Positions 30,419 through 40,827 of a stretch of 64,000 nucleotides of DNA are shown one piece after another. The stretch lies in assembly GCA_965219085.1 (NCBI GenBank), contig OZ244720.1, positions 2,496,001-2,560,000 on the forward strand, written 5' to 3'. Source of the stretch: Dehalococcoidia bacterium. Its GTDB lineage: Bacteria > Chloroflexota > Dehalococcoidia > UBA2979. The notes beneath the pieces are model-generated. The model was not told the DNA's origin, made no database searches, and saw only the letters and a list, made by a program, of their open reading frames with translations. The position numbers and the translations under genes were made by a program. Within the stretch, counting starts at the first letter, position 1. The number at the start of each line of letters is the position of its first letter.

Positions 30419-32956
30419 ATGAGCGGCGCCTTCCTGCCCACCCGGTCCGTTACACGACTCCTCGCGGCGTTGTGCGCCATGATCGCGCTCACGGCGGTGG
30501 CGCTCGTGCTGGACGCGCCCCGCACCGCGTTGGGCGAGGACGAAGCCGCGTGCGAGGTGAACGACCTCGGCATGCTCGACGACGACATGGTGGGGCTCTC
30601 GGCGGTGGGCGCCTGGACGACCGGGGACTGCGACTCGCGCTTCCGCATTGACAGCGATGCGCATACCTACCGGTTCCAGCACGCCGAGGGTGACCGGATC
30701 AGAGTCGACCTGGTGTCGGCCGACGGTGACCCCTACCTCTACCTGCTGGCTGAGGACGGGACCCGCATCACAGACAACGACGACGGCGGCGCCGGCCTGA
30801 ACGCACGCATCGAGCGTGACCTGGCGGGGGGCGTCTACCTCGTCGAGGCCACGACGGTCGGCGGGCGCGGACGCGGTCCGGCGGACTTCACGCTTTCCAT
30901 CAACCACGTCACCGGGTGCGATCCGGTCCACCTGGGCACACTCGAGCCGGGGGTCGATCTGACGGCATCCGGCTCCTGGACGATCGACACCTGCGGCGCA
31001 CGCGTCGTCCCGGAACACCCCGCCTACGCCTACTCCTTCAGCTTGCCGCGGGACGGTCGTGTGCGCATCGACCTGATGTCGGTAGACGGCGACCCCGTCC
31101 TCTCCCTGGCATCGTCCGACGGGCGCTTTATCGGCGCGAACGACGACGGTGGCGGCGTCCGCAACTCACGCATCGAGCAGTACCTGGCGGCCGGCGCCTA
31201 CCTGATCGAGGCGACAACCTATCGGCAGCGTGACCTCCAGCCTCTGGTGGCTGACTTCGACCTCGTGGTCCATCTGGTGGACGAGGAGGCGGAGCAGCGC
31301 CGCTTCCAACTCAAGATCGAGGCGAGCCACACCCCGGACCGCGTGATCGCGGGCGAGCCCTTCGACGTTCACTACCGGGCGGGCAATCCGGGCGGCGGCG
31401 ACCTGGCTGACGCCGGCGGCAGCGTCGTGTTGTACGTGGTGGCGCCCGGCGTGTTCGAGCGGATCGCCGTAACGCCCGAACGGTGGCCGGCCGGCGTCTC
31501 TTACCATTCCGGCGCCCAGATCGCGAGCGCGACGAGCGTCGCGGCCGCCGCGGTGACGCCGTTCGCGGTCACACTCAGGGGACCTGGTCCTTCGTGGGTG
31601 TTCGTCGCGATCATCGCGTTCGACGAAGCCGATGAGGAGATCGCATTCCACGGCATCTGGCGGAACCTGGTCGTGCTCACCGGCCCCACGTTCGATCCGG
31701 TCACCGTCGAGGTGGACGGCGGGCAGTACGTGGTCGCGCCCAGTGCCGGCGAGGACGGCATCGTGACCTACGCGGTCATCGCGGCCGGGGATCCGGTCAC
31801 GGACATCGATGCGTCCGTCGAGGCGAAGGCGATCTACGCGGCCGGCGTGCAGGCGCTCACCCTCGACGGCATCCTGGAGCGGCCCTCGATCGTCGCGCTG
31901 GGCGACGAACCCCCGGCGCCCGACGCGCCGCAGACGGCGGCGGTCAGCCTCGCGAACCCCTCGTCCACCACGCTGCTCGCGGCGTTCGGCCGGCACTACG
32001 CGGACGCGCTCGACGCGTCTGGATTGGCCGACTCGGTGGCTGCGGGCAACGTCATCACCTACGCCGGCATCGACCACCTCGTGCTCGTCGCGGCCGAGGC
32101 GGCCTCGGCGCAGTACGGGCCGATGGCGGCCGGATGGGCGGAGCTCAGCGCGGCGCTCGACGGCGGCGGAACGCTGACGTTCCAGCAGGCCTTCGCCGCG
32201 CAGCCCGAGCTCGCCTACGCGGAGGCCGTCCTCTCGCCGCTCGTGACCGCGGGCCGGGCCGTACAGCTTGGCGCCGACGGCCCGACCCTCGCCGAAAGCG
32301 CCTTGCAAGCCGAGCTCCAGACGCAAGCCAATTGCCTGAACCCGGCTACGCTCCGGGACGCGCTGCTTGCGGCCGGCGTCGAGGACGTCGACGCGATACT
32401 CGCGCTGGACGCCGAGTTCCGCGACGAGCATCGCGTCATCGTGTTCGCGACCGACGCAGTGCTGTGCGCCATCGGCGCCATCGACGGGGCGAACTCGGCG
32501 TTCCTGCAGCGCCTCACCATCGCGGGCACCGAGGTGCACGCGATGATCGCACCGGAGCCGCCGGCTCCCGCGCCGGCGCCGGCGCCAGAGCCCGCGCCCG
32601 AGCCCGTGCAGTTGCGCGTGATCGCGCAGCTCGCCGAGGACGGCCGCATCGAGCACGCGGTCGAGCTCGCCGGTGGCTGGGTGATCCGGCCCGAGCGGCG
32701 CTTCTTCGGCGCCCAGCCGGACGACCGCCGCTGGTTCCAGAGCGGCGATGTCGAGGTGGATGGCGGCTCGATCGGTGTCATCCGGGCACGACGCCTGGAC
32801 GACGGCCGCGTCGAGTTCGGCTTCCGCGACGTCGACGGCAACGTGATCGCGCCCGACGTGCGGTTCCTGCCGGCCGCGATGGAGGAGGGCGTCTGGCTGC
32901 GCAGCAGCAAGTTCGAGGCGCCGCCGCCGGCTCCGGCGGACGAGCCCGAAGAGTAG
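30419..32956 (+). CDS. exported protein with two PPC-like beta-sandwich domains and a tandem C-terminal module
   Basis: Signal peptide; two repeats DP.L.L....G..I..NDDGG...N.RIE..L..G.YL.EATT; Pro-Ala linker. Confidence 0.8.
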   Translation: MSGAFLPTRSVTRLLAALCAMIALTAVALVLDAPRTALGEDEAACEVNDLGMLDDDMVGLSAVGAWTTGDCDSRFRIDSDAHTYRFQHAEGDRIRVDLVSADGDPYLYLLAEDGTRITDNDDGGAGLNARIERDLAGGVYLVEATTVGGRGRGPADFTLSINHVTGCDPVHLGTLEPGVDLTASGSWTIDTCGARVVPEHPAYAYSFSLPRDGRVRIDLMSVDGDPVLSLASSDGRFIGANDDGGGVRNSRIEQYLAAGAYLIEATTYRQRDLQPLVADFDLVVHLVDEEAEQRRFQLKIEASHTPDRVIAGEPFDVHYRAGNPGGGDLADAGGSVVLYVVAPGVFERIAVTPERWPAGVSYHSGAQIASATSVAAAAVTPFAVTLRGPGPSWVFVAIIAFDEADEEIAFHGIWRNLVVLTGPTFDPVTVEVDGGQYVVAPSAGEDGIVTYAVIAAGDPVTDIDASVEAKAIYAAGVQALTLDGILERPSIVALGDEPPAPDAPQTAAVSLANPSSTTLLAAFGRHYADALDASGLADSVAAGNVITYAGIDHLVLVAAEAASAQYGPMAAGWAELSAALDGGGTLTFQQAFAAQPELAYAEAVLSPLVTAGRAVQLGADGPTLAESALQAELQTQANCLNPATLRDALLAAGVEDVDAILALDAEFRDEHRVIVFATDAVLCAIGAIDGANSAFLQRLTIAGTEVHAMIAPEPPAPAPAPAPEPAPEPVQLRVIAQLAEDGRIEHAVELAGGWVIRPERRFFGAQPDDRRWFQSGDVEVDGGSIGVIRARRLDDGRVEFGFRDVDGNVIAPDVRFLPAAMEEGVWLRSSKFEAPPPAPADEPEE

Positions 32957-33274
32957 CGGCCGCCAGGCGCAGCAAGGAGTCAGGGGATCCGCGGCTCCTC
33001 GCTGTGCCGGCGGCCGCGTGGCTTTGTGACGGCAGGATCGTGCGGGCGACGCCGGATGCGCTCGGCGCACCAAGCCACATGCGTGGGCGAACAACAATCC
33101 GCGTGAGCCAGAGCGTGCCGCACCTGCACGAGCACGTCTGGCCGGGCAGCCCGCGGCGCCGGCCTGCCAGGTGCTTCTGGCCGCGCCGCCCCTGCAAGAG
33201 CCCGCGGCAGACGCCGCGACGTGCGGGCTCGCCTGCGTGGCGCCATCGATGGGGCCACGGGCAAGGCGTCCTGA

Positions 33275-33886
33275 CTACAGAGCGAGCAGGCCCCGGCGCA
33301 CCGCTTCAGTGACCGCCTCGGTGCGCGAAGCCACATCGAGTTTGCCCAGGATTGAGCTGACGTGGAACTTCACCGTGTGCTCGCTGATTCCCAGCTGCAG
33401 GGCGATGCCTTTGTTCGGGAGGCCGTCTGTGACGAGGCGCAAGACCTCGAGTTCACGGTCAGTGAGCGCGCCGGCGGCCGCGGTCCTCATTGCGCTCGCG
33501 CCGAAAGACAGGTCGCCGACGCCGAGCGCCGGATCCACCACCAGCATTCCCGCGGCGACGGCACGGGCGGCTGCCGCCAGCACCTCGCCGGAGGCGTCGC
33601 GGTGCACGTACCCCCCAGGTGGCCCTTCGGCGGCGGCGGCGACCGTCCCGGTGAGGTCGTCCGTGAGTATGAGCACGGGCGCGTCTGCCGATTCGAACAG
33701 ACCGGCCGTCGCATCGCCGGCGTCGGCGACCCACACGTCTGCTGGTTCGAAGCCGCCGCCGCCGAGGTCACGGGGAGCGAACTCGCGGACGACCTCCAGG
33801 CCTGCACGCACGAGCAACTCCCTCAGCCCCGCGCGGACGGCGGGGTACTCGGCGACGACCACCACCCTCAGGCACGGCTTGCTCAT
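33275..33886 (-). CDS. NarL/LuxR-family response regulator
   Basis: LTDRELEVL...GLPNKGIA..LGISEHTVKFHV; degenerate receiver domain. Confidence 0.9.
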   Translation of the reverse strand: MSKPCLRVVVVAEYPAVRAGLRELLVRAGLEVVREFAPRDLGGGGFEPADVWVADAGDATAGLFESADAPVLILTDDLTGTVAAAAEGPPGGYVHRDASGEVLAAAARAVAAGMLVVDPALGVGDLSFGASAMRTAAAGALTDRELEVLRLVTDGLPNKGIALQLGISEHTVKFHVSSILGKLDVASRTEAVTEAVRRGLLAL

Positions 33887-33916
33887 GTCGTCAGAACCAG
33901 CCGGGCCCCCAGTTGG

Positions 33917-34834
33917 TCATGGCTGGTCCCGCTCCGCGATCGTCACGGACAACTCGTGCACCTCGCCGCCGCGCAGCACTGTCAGCAGCGTGGCGCGGCC
34001 CACACGGTCGACCCCGAGCGCCGCGTAGAGCGCGGCATGATCCTCGATGCCCTGGTGGTCGATACGCACCAGGATGTCTCCGATCAGCAGGCCGGCGTCG
34101 CCAGCCGGGCTGCGGGTTTCCACTCTCACAAGGAGCAGGCCACGCTCCTGTCCATCGAGCTTCGCGGCCAACGCCTCCGGCAACCGGACGGGCTGGCTTG
34201 CGACCCCGAGGTAACCACGGCGGATGCGCCCGTGCGCCAGCAGCGACGCCGCGATGCCATCAACAGCCGCGGCCGGGATGGTGAGCCCCGCGCCACGGCG
34301 CAGCCGGGAGCTGTTAATACCGACAACGCGGCCCCCGACATCGATCAGCGGGCCGCCTGAGAACCCGGGGTAGAACGTGACGTCGGGCCGCAGATAGCCG
34401 TCCACACGGCCACCCTGGAACGTGCGCCACGCCCCACCGATTGCGCTTACGATGCCCAGCGAAACCTGCACCGCGCCCGGCGTGGGCCGGCCGAGCGCCA
34501 GTGCGAGATGCCCCACGCGAATCTCGCCGTCCGGCGCCAACTCGGCGGCATCGAGGCCGGTCGCGTCGACACGCAACACGGCGAGGTCTGAACCGGGGTC
34601 GCGCCCCGCGATCGTGGCGGCCGCCTCGGAACCGTCGGGGAGGCCGACCGTGATGTGGTCGTCACGTTCAAGCACGTGGTCGGCGGTGACGACCGCACCA
34701 TCCGCGCTCCACACCACGCCGCTCGCGGGAATCCGGTTGCGGCCGTTCACGCGCAAGGTCCAGCGTGCCGCACGCTCCACGACGGCGGCGAAGCCGCCGG
34801 ACAGCGCTGCGAGCGAGTCGAGGTCTTCGGTCAT
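33917..34834 (-). CDS. HtrA-like trypsin serine protease with PDZ domain
   Basis: TADHV, SDLAVL, PGFSGGPL, RGYLGV; ATG at 34834; no signal peptide. Confidence 0.9.
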   Translation of the reverse strand: MTEDLDSLAALSGGFAAVVERAARWTLRVNGRNRIPASGVVWSADGAVVTADHVLERDDHITVGLPDGSEAAATIAGRDPGSDLAVLRVDATGLDAAELAPDGEIRVGHLALALGRPTPGAVQVSLGIVSAIGGAWRTFQGGRVDGYLRPDVTFYPGFSGGPLIDVGGRVVGINSSRLRRGAGLTIPAAAVDGIAASLLAHGRIRRGYLGVASQPVRLPEALAAKLDGQERGLLLVRVETRSPAGDAGLLIGDILVRIDHQGIEDHAALYAALGVDRVGRATLLTVLRGGEVHELSVTIAERDQP

Positions 34835-34998
34835 GTTGTGCTCCTCTTCCAGCGCACGCATACAGGATGCCTCATCGGCCTCACGGTCAGGATCACCCGA
34901 ACGGACAGGCGGGCTGCCTGCCCGTTTGGGTAGTCGGAAGCTTACCTTCGCCCGCCTGGCGTACACTCTGATCTCGCAGCCTTGAGGAGGCGGGACGG

Positions 34999-35220
34999 AT
35001 GGCAAGCGAACAGCTGGTGGTGATCGAGCTCGCCGAGGGCGGCAAGCCCCGCATCATCCTCGACCGCGAGGAACTGCCCCTGCTGCGTCGCGACGGCGAC
35101 ACCGAGTACCGCTGCGGCTCCTGTGACGCCGTGCTGGCCGAGCAGGTGTGGCAGTGGGAAGTCCGCAACGTCGTCTTCCGCTGCCCCTCGTGCGGCGCCC
35201 ACAACGAGGTGTCGAAGTAG
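34999..35220 (+). CDS. small Zn-finger protein
   Basis: CGSC...CPSC; GAGGAGG RBS. Confidence 0.7.
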   Translation: MASEQLVVIELAEGGKPRIILDREELPLLRRDGDTEYRCGSCDAVLAEQVWQWEVRNVVFRCPSCGAHNEVSK

Positions 35221-35245
35221 CCGCCGACCGCATCCGGGGGGCCAT

Positions 35246-36691
35246 CTGAGCCAACTCGCACCACCCGCCCCGCCTCCGACCGCCGAGGCGCCTCCCCAAC
35301 AGCAGGCCACGAACGGGGCCGGGCCTCCGCCGCGCGGGCCGGGCGGCCCTCCCCGGTCGCGAGGCTTCTCGATCCGCACCTTCGAGTCGCTCAAGAACCG
35401 CGGGTTCCGCTGGTTCTTCCTCTCCTCGCTCGGTGCGATGGCCTCGCTCAACATGCAGATCCTCGTGCGCGGCTATCTGGCGTTCGACCTCACCAACTCG
35501 TTCTCGGCGCTCGGCGCGATGGGAATCGCGAGCGCGGTGCCGATGTTCACGCTCTCCGTCTTCGGCGGCGTGCTCGCGGACCGCGTCTCGAAGAAGTGGA
35601 TCCTGCAGGTCGGTCAGGCGATCTCGGCGCTGCTCGCCATCGGCGTCGGGCTCCTCGTGGCGTCGGGGCAGTTGCGTTACGAACACCTCTTCGCGACGTC
35701 GATCGTGCAGGGCGTGGTGCAGGCCATCATGTTGCCGGCCTCGCAGGCGATGGTGCCCGAGGTGATCGGGCGCAAGGGCATGATGAACGCGGTCTCGCTG
35801 AACGCCGCGGGCATGAACTTCGTGCGGCTGCTCGCCCCGGCGGCCGGAGGCTTCCTGATCGCGCTGATCGGGGCGGCGTCGGTCTACTTCGTCATGGCGG
35901 GCACGTACGGCCTCGCCGTCGCCGCGCTCATCCCGGTCTCTGGCGCGTCGGCGCTGCGGCCGGAGCGCCTCGCCGCGTTGCTGTCGCATGGCGGCATGGC
36001 GCCTGCGCCCGAACCGGCGAACGGGGCCGGACCGGCGCCCGGACCGGGGATGCGACGCGCACCCGTCGAGGGTGGCATCCTGGCCGCCGCGCGCTCCGGG
36101 TTCGCCGACCTCGGCGACGGCGCGCGCTACATCGTCCACGACCGCAACATCTTCCAACTGCTCACGGTGAACTTCCTCACGGCGATGCTCGGCATGCCGT
36201 TCATGGTCATGCTGCCCGGCTACGTGAGCGAGGTGTACGGCGGCGGCGCCGACGCCCTCGGCCTGATCATCGCGATCAGCGGCGGGGGCGCGCTGATCGG
36301 CGCGCTCGTGGTGGCGTCGCTACCGGAGAAGCGTCGAGGCGTACTGATGCTGCTGTCCGCGATCCTGATCGGCGCCTCGCTCGTCGCCTTCGCAAGTACC
36401 GATCAGTTCTGGATCGGTGCGCTCTTCATGGCGACGGCGGGCGTGGGCACGGCCGGGCGGCAGGCGCTGAGCGCGGTACTCGTGCACACCTACGTCGAGG
36501 ACGCGTACCGCGGTCGCGTGATGGCCGTCTTCATGACGCAGATCAGCCTCATGCTCGGCGCGGCGTTCTTCGTCGGCCTGCTGGCGGAGGTGATCGGCGT
36601 GCGTTCGGCGCTCGCCAGCCTCGGCGCGGCGCTGGTGGTCATGATCCTCGCGTTCATGGCGTTCTCACCGACCCTGCGCAGGATGACCTAG
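35246..36691 (+). CDS. MFS transporter
   Basis: GGVLADRVSKK, YRGRVMA, about 12 TM segments; start uncertain. Confidence 0.88.
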   Translation: MSQLAPPAPPPTAEAPPQQQATNGAGPPPRGPGGPPRSRGFSIRTFESLKNRGFRWFFLSSLGAMASLNMQILVRGYLAFDLTNSFSALGAMGIASAVPMFTLSVFGGVLADRVSKKWILQVGQAISALLAIGVGLLVASGQLRYEHLFATSIVQGVVQAIMLPASQAMVPEVIGRKGMMNAVSLNAAGMNFVRLLAPAAGGFLIALIGAASVYFVMAGTYGLAVAALIPVSGASALRPERLAALLSHGGMAPAPEPANGAGPAPGPGMRRAPVEGGILAAARSGFADLGDGARYIVHDRNIFQLLTVNFLTAMLGMPFMVMLPGYVSEVYGGGADALGLIIAISGGGALIGALVVASLPEKRRGVLMLLSAILIGASLVAFASTDQFWIGALFMATAGVGTAGRQALSAVLVHTYVEDAYRGRVMAVFMTQISLMLGAAFFVGLLAEVIGVRSALASLGAALVVMILAFMAFSPTLRRMT

Positions 36692-36865
36692 CCGGTCACC
36701 AGGGCTGACCGCGTAGCCGGGACAAGCGCGCGCCCCCCGCGCGTGCGAGGGGCGCATGGCGGGGATGACCCCAGGGCGTCCGAACTCCTCGCAACGCCCT
36801 GCATGCCGGGCGCCCCATCACCGGCTCAAGCCAGTCGGAGGCGCCCGGCTCGTCGACGACCCGGG

Positions 36866-38644
36866 CTACTGGCTGTAACCCGTCGAAGGCGCCAGCTCGG
36901 CCACAGCCACCGTGAGGTGGTCCAACAGCATGCGGAAGTCGCGGTACGCCTCGGCTGAGCCGAGCCGCTCGTCCAGCGACTCCAGCTCCCACTGCAGCGC
37001 CTCGAGGTCGGCGTGGATGCCGCCGGTATCGACGTTGGCGTTCTCGACCTGGGGCGAGAGCGCGCTGTAGCGGTCGGCGGACAGCGCGACGATGGCGCCG
37101 AAGCGGAGGTACCGGTCGCCCGCGTCGAACGGCGCGGCGGTGTGGCCCGCCACGTCCAGGCTCTGGCCCAGCGTGTCGCCCGTGCGCGGGTCGACCCAGC
37201 GCACCTCGACTTCGCCCAGCGACACCTGGCGGTTACGAGCCTCGTTGTGGAGCGCCAGCTCGTAGAAGACCGTCGTGGCGGCCCCGGACGGGAGCTCGGC
37301 GAACTCCTTGCGGTTCTGCTCGAAGGTGTGGTCCGGCGTGACGCGGTTCTCGTAGCCGACGATGCGCCACGCGTGCACGAGCCGCGGATCCCAGGTCACC
37401 TGGGCGCGGGTCTGGTCCGCGAACGGCGTGGAGAGCGCGAGCCAGTTCTCGCGGCTGAACGTCGTGCGCGCCTGGTTGGTGTCGTCCAGGTAGCGGTACC
37501 AGCCGTTGCCCTGCTGGGCGAGCTGCTCCAGCAGGTAGTCGTTGTAGTTCTCGATCCCGACGCCGATGGTGATCAACCGCAGCGGGTTGAGGTGGTCCGT
37601 GTCGCGTGCCGAATCGAGGATGGCGAACGGGCTTGTCGCATCGACGTTCGCGACGCCGTCGGACATCAGGATGATGTAGTTGAAGGCGTCCGGCCGCTGC
37701 CGGCGCGCCTCGTCGGCGAGCCGCACGCCGAGGTTGAGACCGGCCTGCACGTTGGTGCTGTCGTGCGGCCTCAACCGCTCGATCGAGCGCGTGACATCCC
37801 GGTCGTCGGGACGGGTGTGCCGGACGGTGTAGGCGTCCAGGATGTCGGTCGTGAAGTGCACGACGGCGATGCGGTCGCGCGAACTGAGGCTCTGGCGGAT
37901 GGTCTCCGCCGCCGTCCGCGCGATGTTGACGCGGTCGCCGCTGGCCATTGACCCGGAAGCGTCGAGCACCAGCGTGACGTTCAGCGGCGTGGTGTCCGGC
38001 ACCTTCGGCGCCTGCATGGCGACGCGGGCCAGGTGGAGGCCACCGTCGATCGGATGCCCGATCACGTCGCTGGTGATCGAGAAGCTCCGGCCGTCGCGGG
38101 GCAGGTCGTAGTCGTAGAAGAAGGCGTTGATCCACTCCTCGGCCCGCACGGAGTTGGGGTCCACCTCGAAGCCGTTCCGCGCCCAGTTGAGCGCGAGGAA
38201 GTAGGAGGTGCGGTCCGTGTCGAGACTGAAGGTCGAGACGGCGTCCTGGGATGCATCGACGAACGGGGTGCGCCCGTAGTTCTTGAACGTCGTGGTCGAT
38301 GGCGCGGCCTGCTGGCCTGCCGGCACCGGGCTCTGGCCTGACGGCGCGGGCGTCGCAGCCGGGCGGGGCGGAGCCAGCTGCGCGATCACCGTTGCCCTGG
38401 GGGCTGGCGACGCGGAGTAGGAGCCCCCCGATGAGTCGTCATCCGAGGCGCTGTCGGACGCGCTGGTGGTTGTCGTGGTGGTGCTCGACGAAGTCGTGGA
38501 GCCGCTCGACGAGCGGGTCGAGGGCGCAGCCACCGCGGCGGCATCTTCGTCGTCACCAGCGTCATCTCCGCCGCAGGCGGCGACCGCCAGGGTGAAGATC
38601 GCGACGGTGAAGAGGATCAGGGAATTCCGCAGTGCGAGTCGCAT
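36866..38644 (-). CDS. VWA-domain lipoprotein (YfbK-like)
   Basis: Lipobox VAAC, STFSLDTDRTSY, VRAEEWIN, MIDAS DASGS, SDGVAN, GYENR. Confidence 0.9.
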   Translation of the reverse strand: MRLALRNSLILFTVAIFTLAVAACGGDDAGDDEDAAAVAAPSTRSSSGSTTSSSTTTTTTSASDSASDDDSSGGSYSASPAPRATVIAQLAPPRPAATPAPSGQSPVPAGQQAAPSTTTFKNYGRTPFVDASQDAVSTFSLDTDRTSYFLALNWARNGFEVDPNSVRAEEWINAFFYDYDLPRDGRSFSITSDVIGHPIDGGLHLARVAMQAPKVPDTTPLNVTLVLDASGSMASGDRVNIARTAAETIRQSLSSRDRIAVVHFTTDILDAYTVRHTRPDDRDVTRSIERLRPHDSTNVQAGLNLGVRLADEARRQRPDAFNYIILMSDGVANVDATSPFAILDSARDTDHLNPLRLITIGVGIENYNDYLLEQLAQQGNGWYRYLDDTNQARTTFSRENWLALSTPFADQTRAQVTWDPRLVHAWRIVGYENRVTPDHTFEQNRKEFAELPSGAATTVFYELALHNEARNRQVSLGEVEVRWVDPRTGDTLGQSLDVAGHTAAPFDAGDRYLRFGAIVALSADRYSALSPQVENANVDTGGIHADLEALQWELESLDERLGSAEAYRDFRMLLDHLTVAVAELAPSTGYSQ

Positions 38645-39461
38645 GTCAGCCTCCCAGGCTAGCGGCATCCGCGTGGAGACCGAGGTCGCGTCGGCGCCGG
38701 CGAGCAATGAGCAGGGCTCGTTGCCTCCGCCGCCAGCCGCGCGACCGGGTCGCCATGCCGTTCATGATTAGATATACGCGCCTGAGGCGGGGATGGTTTC
38801 CCTGACCCGCGGCCTCGCGAGTACCGATCGGCGGCATCGCCGTCGCACATCCGCTCACCGTGGGGGGTCCGGAGCGCAGGAGGGCGGCGAGTACGCGTCG
38901 CGCAGCTTGTCGAATCGGGCACTGACGCAGGCGCCGGCTCACCGGAGATCCGACGGGACCCACTGCGCTCCCCAGCACTCAATGTCACCCGACACCCACA
39001 CGCCGCAGGTGTGAACCGCACCGGTGCTCACCGAGCGGAACTTCCCCGGAGGCGCGTCTGCCTGGCCGAACCGGTTGTCTCCCCAGCAGACGACCTCGCC
39101 CGAATCGCGTACCGCACAGCTATGCCAAAGTAACGTGCTCACCGAGACGAATCTCCCGGGAGGCGCGTCCGTCAAGTTGGATGGCTCGGCGCCCCAACAG
39201 GCGAGCTCACCCGAATCCCGGACAGCACATGTGTGGGCCGCCCCCGCGCTGACGGAGAGGTACGTCCCCGGAGGTACGTGCGTTAGGCTGGATTCTCCCC
39301 AGCAGAGGATCCCACCCGACCCCGACTCGAGCACGGCGCACGAGTGCCGCTCCCCCGCGCTCACCGAGCGGTATTTCCACCTCCCCTGCGGCGCGTTCGC
39401 CTGGCCCCAATCGACCACCCTGATCAAGGAGGTAGACGTGCCCGACTCCTGTCGCGCGCCC

Positions 39462-40827
39462 GGTCACGTCCCTGCAAGTGGTGTAACAGTGCACCATCCT
39501 GATCATTTGCTAGCTGGCGGTCTGCAGTAGCACCTCCTCGCCTGAGGCGACCTCGGCCACGGCCGCCGGCAGCGGCTGCAGCATCGTCATGTAGCGCCGC
39601 CCCTCCGCCCACTCGTCGTGCTGCTCGGCGAGCACGGCGCCGACCAGCCGCACGACGGCGGCACGGTTGGGGAAGATGCCGACCACGTTGGTGCGCCGCC
39701 GGATCTCCTTGTTGAGGCGTTCCAGCGGGTTGTTCGACCAGACCTGCCGCCAGTAGACGACCGGGAAGGCCGTAAACGCCAGGATCTCCGGCCCGGCGTC
39801 GGCGAGCAGCGCCGCGGCCTCGGGGAAGCGCTCGGCGAGCTGCTCCACCACGCGGGCGTGTTGGGCCTGCACCTCGGCCGCCGAGGACTGCTCGTAGATC
39901 GTCCGCACCGTCGTCGCCACCAGCTTCTCGGCGCTCTTCGGCACCCGGGTCAGCAGGTTGCGCATGAAGTGCGTGCGGCAGCGCTGCCAGGAGGCGCCGG
40001 CGAAGACCGTCGCGATCGCCTCCCTGAGGCCCTGGTGCGCGTCCGAGGTGACGAGCTCGACGCCGGACAGGCCGCGCGCCACGAGCCCGCGCAGGAAGCT
40101 CAGCCAGAACGCCCCGTCCTCGGAGGTGCCGACGTCGATGCCCAGCAGCTCGCGCTTGCCGGAGGCGTTGACGGCGGTGGCGACGACCACGGCCACCTGC
40201 ACGACGCGGCCCTCCTCGCGCACGAGCTGGGTGAGCGCGTCGAGCCAGAGGTAGCGGTAGGGGCCCGAGTCGAGGGGCCGCTCGAGGAAGCTCGAGACGA
40301 CCTCGTCGAGTTCAGCGCAGATGCGCGAGACCTGGCTCTTGGAGATGCCGTCGCAGCCGAGCGAGCGCACGAGGTCGTCGACGCGACGGGTCGAGACGCC
40401 CTCGACGTAGGCCTGCGTGACCACGGAGACCAGGGCGCGCTCCGAGCGCCGCCGCGGCTCGATCAGCGAGGGGAAGTAGCTGCCCTCGCGCAGCTTCGGG
40501 ATGCCCAGTTCGATCGTGCCCACACGCGTGTCCCAGCGCCGCGGCCGGTAGCCGTTGCGCCGGGTCAGGCGCGTCTCGCTGCGCTCGCCGTGGGCGGCGC
40601 CGATCTGCGCCGAGACCTCGGCGTCCATCACCGCCTGGGCGAGCACCGCGACCGCCTCGCGCAGAAAGTCGAGGTCCGCTCCGTCCGCCTGCTTGCGCAG
40701 CAGTTCCAACAAGTCCACGCTCTCCTTGACCACAGTCGTCCTCCTCCACGTGACTGTTTCCTGTGTGAAGGATGGCGCGGTGGTCTCCTACGTCCACCTC
40801 TGTGACACCACTTCCTGGGACGCTACC
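39462..40827 (-). mobile_element. IS256-family insertion sequence
   Basis: 28-bp terminal inverted repeats GGTCACGTCCCTGCAAGTGGTGTAACAG and GGTAGCGTCCCAGGAAGTGGTGTCACAG (23/28); no target duplication. Confidence 0.92.
39510..40733 (-). CDS. IS256-family transposase
   Basis: RNGYR, IPKLREGSYFP, WLDA, SDAHQGL, WQRCRTHF, ERLNKEIRRR. Confidence 0.97.
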   Translation of the reverse strand: MVKESVDLLELLRKQADGADLDFLREAVAVLAQAVMDAEVSAQIGAAHGERSETRLTRRNGYRPRRWDTRVGTIELGIPKLREGSYFPSLIEPRRRSERALVSVVTQAYVEGVSTRRVDDLVRSLGCDGISKSQVSRICAELDEVVSSFLERPLDSGPYRYLWLDALTQLVREEGRVVQVAVVVATAVNASGKRELLGIDVGTSEDGAFWLSFLRGLVARGLSGVELVTSDAHQGLREAIATVFAGASWQRCRTHFMRNLLTRVPKSAEKLVATTVRTIYEQSSAAEVQAQHARVVEQLAERFPEAAALLADAGPEILAFTAFPVVYWRQVWSNNPLERLNKEIRRRTNVVGIFPNRAAVVRLVGAVLAEQHDEWAEGRRYMTMLQPLPAAVAEVASGEEVLLQTAS

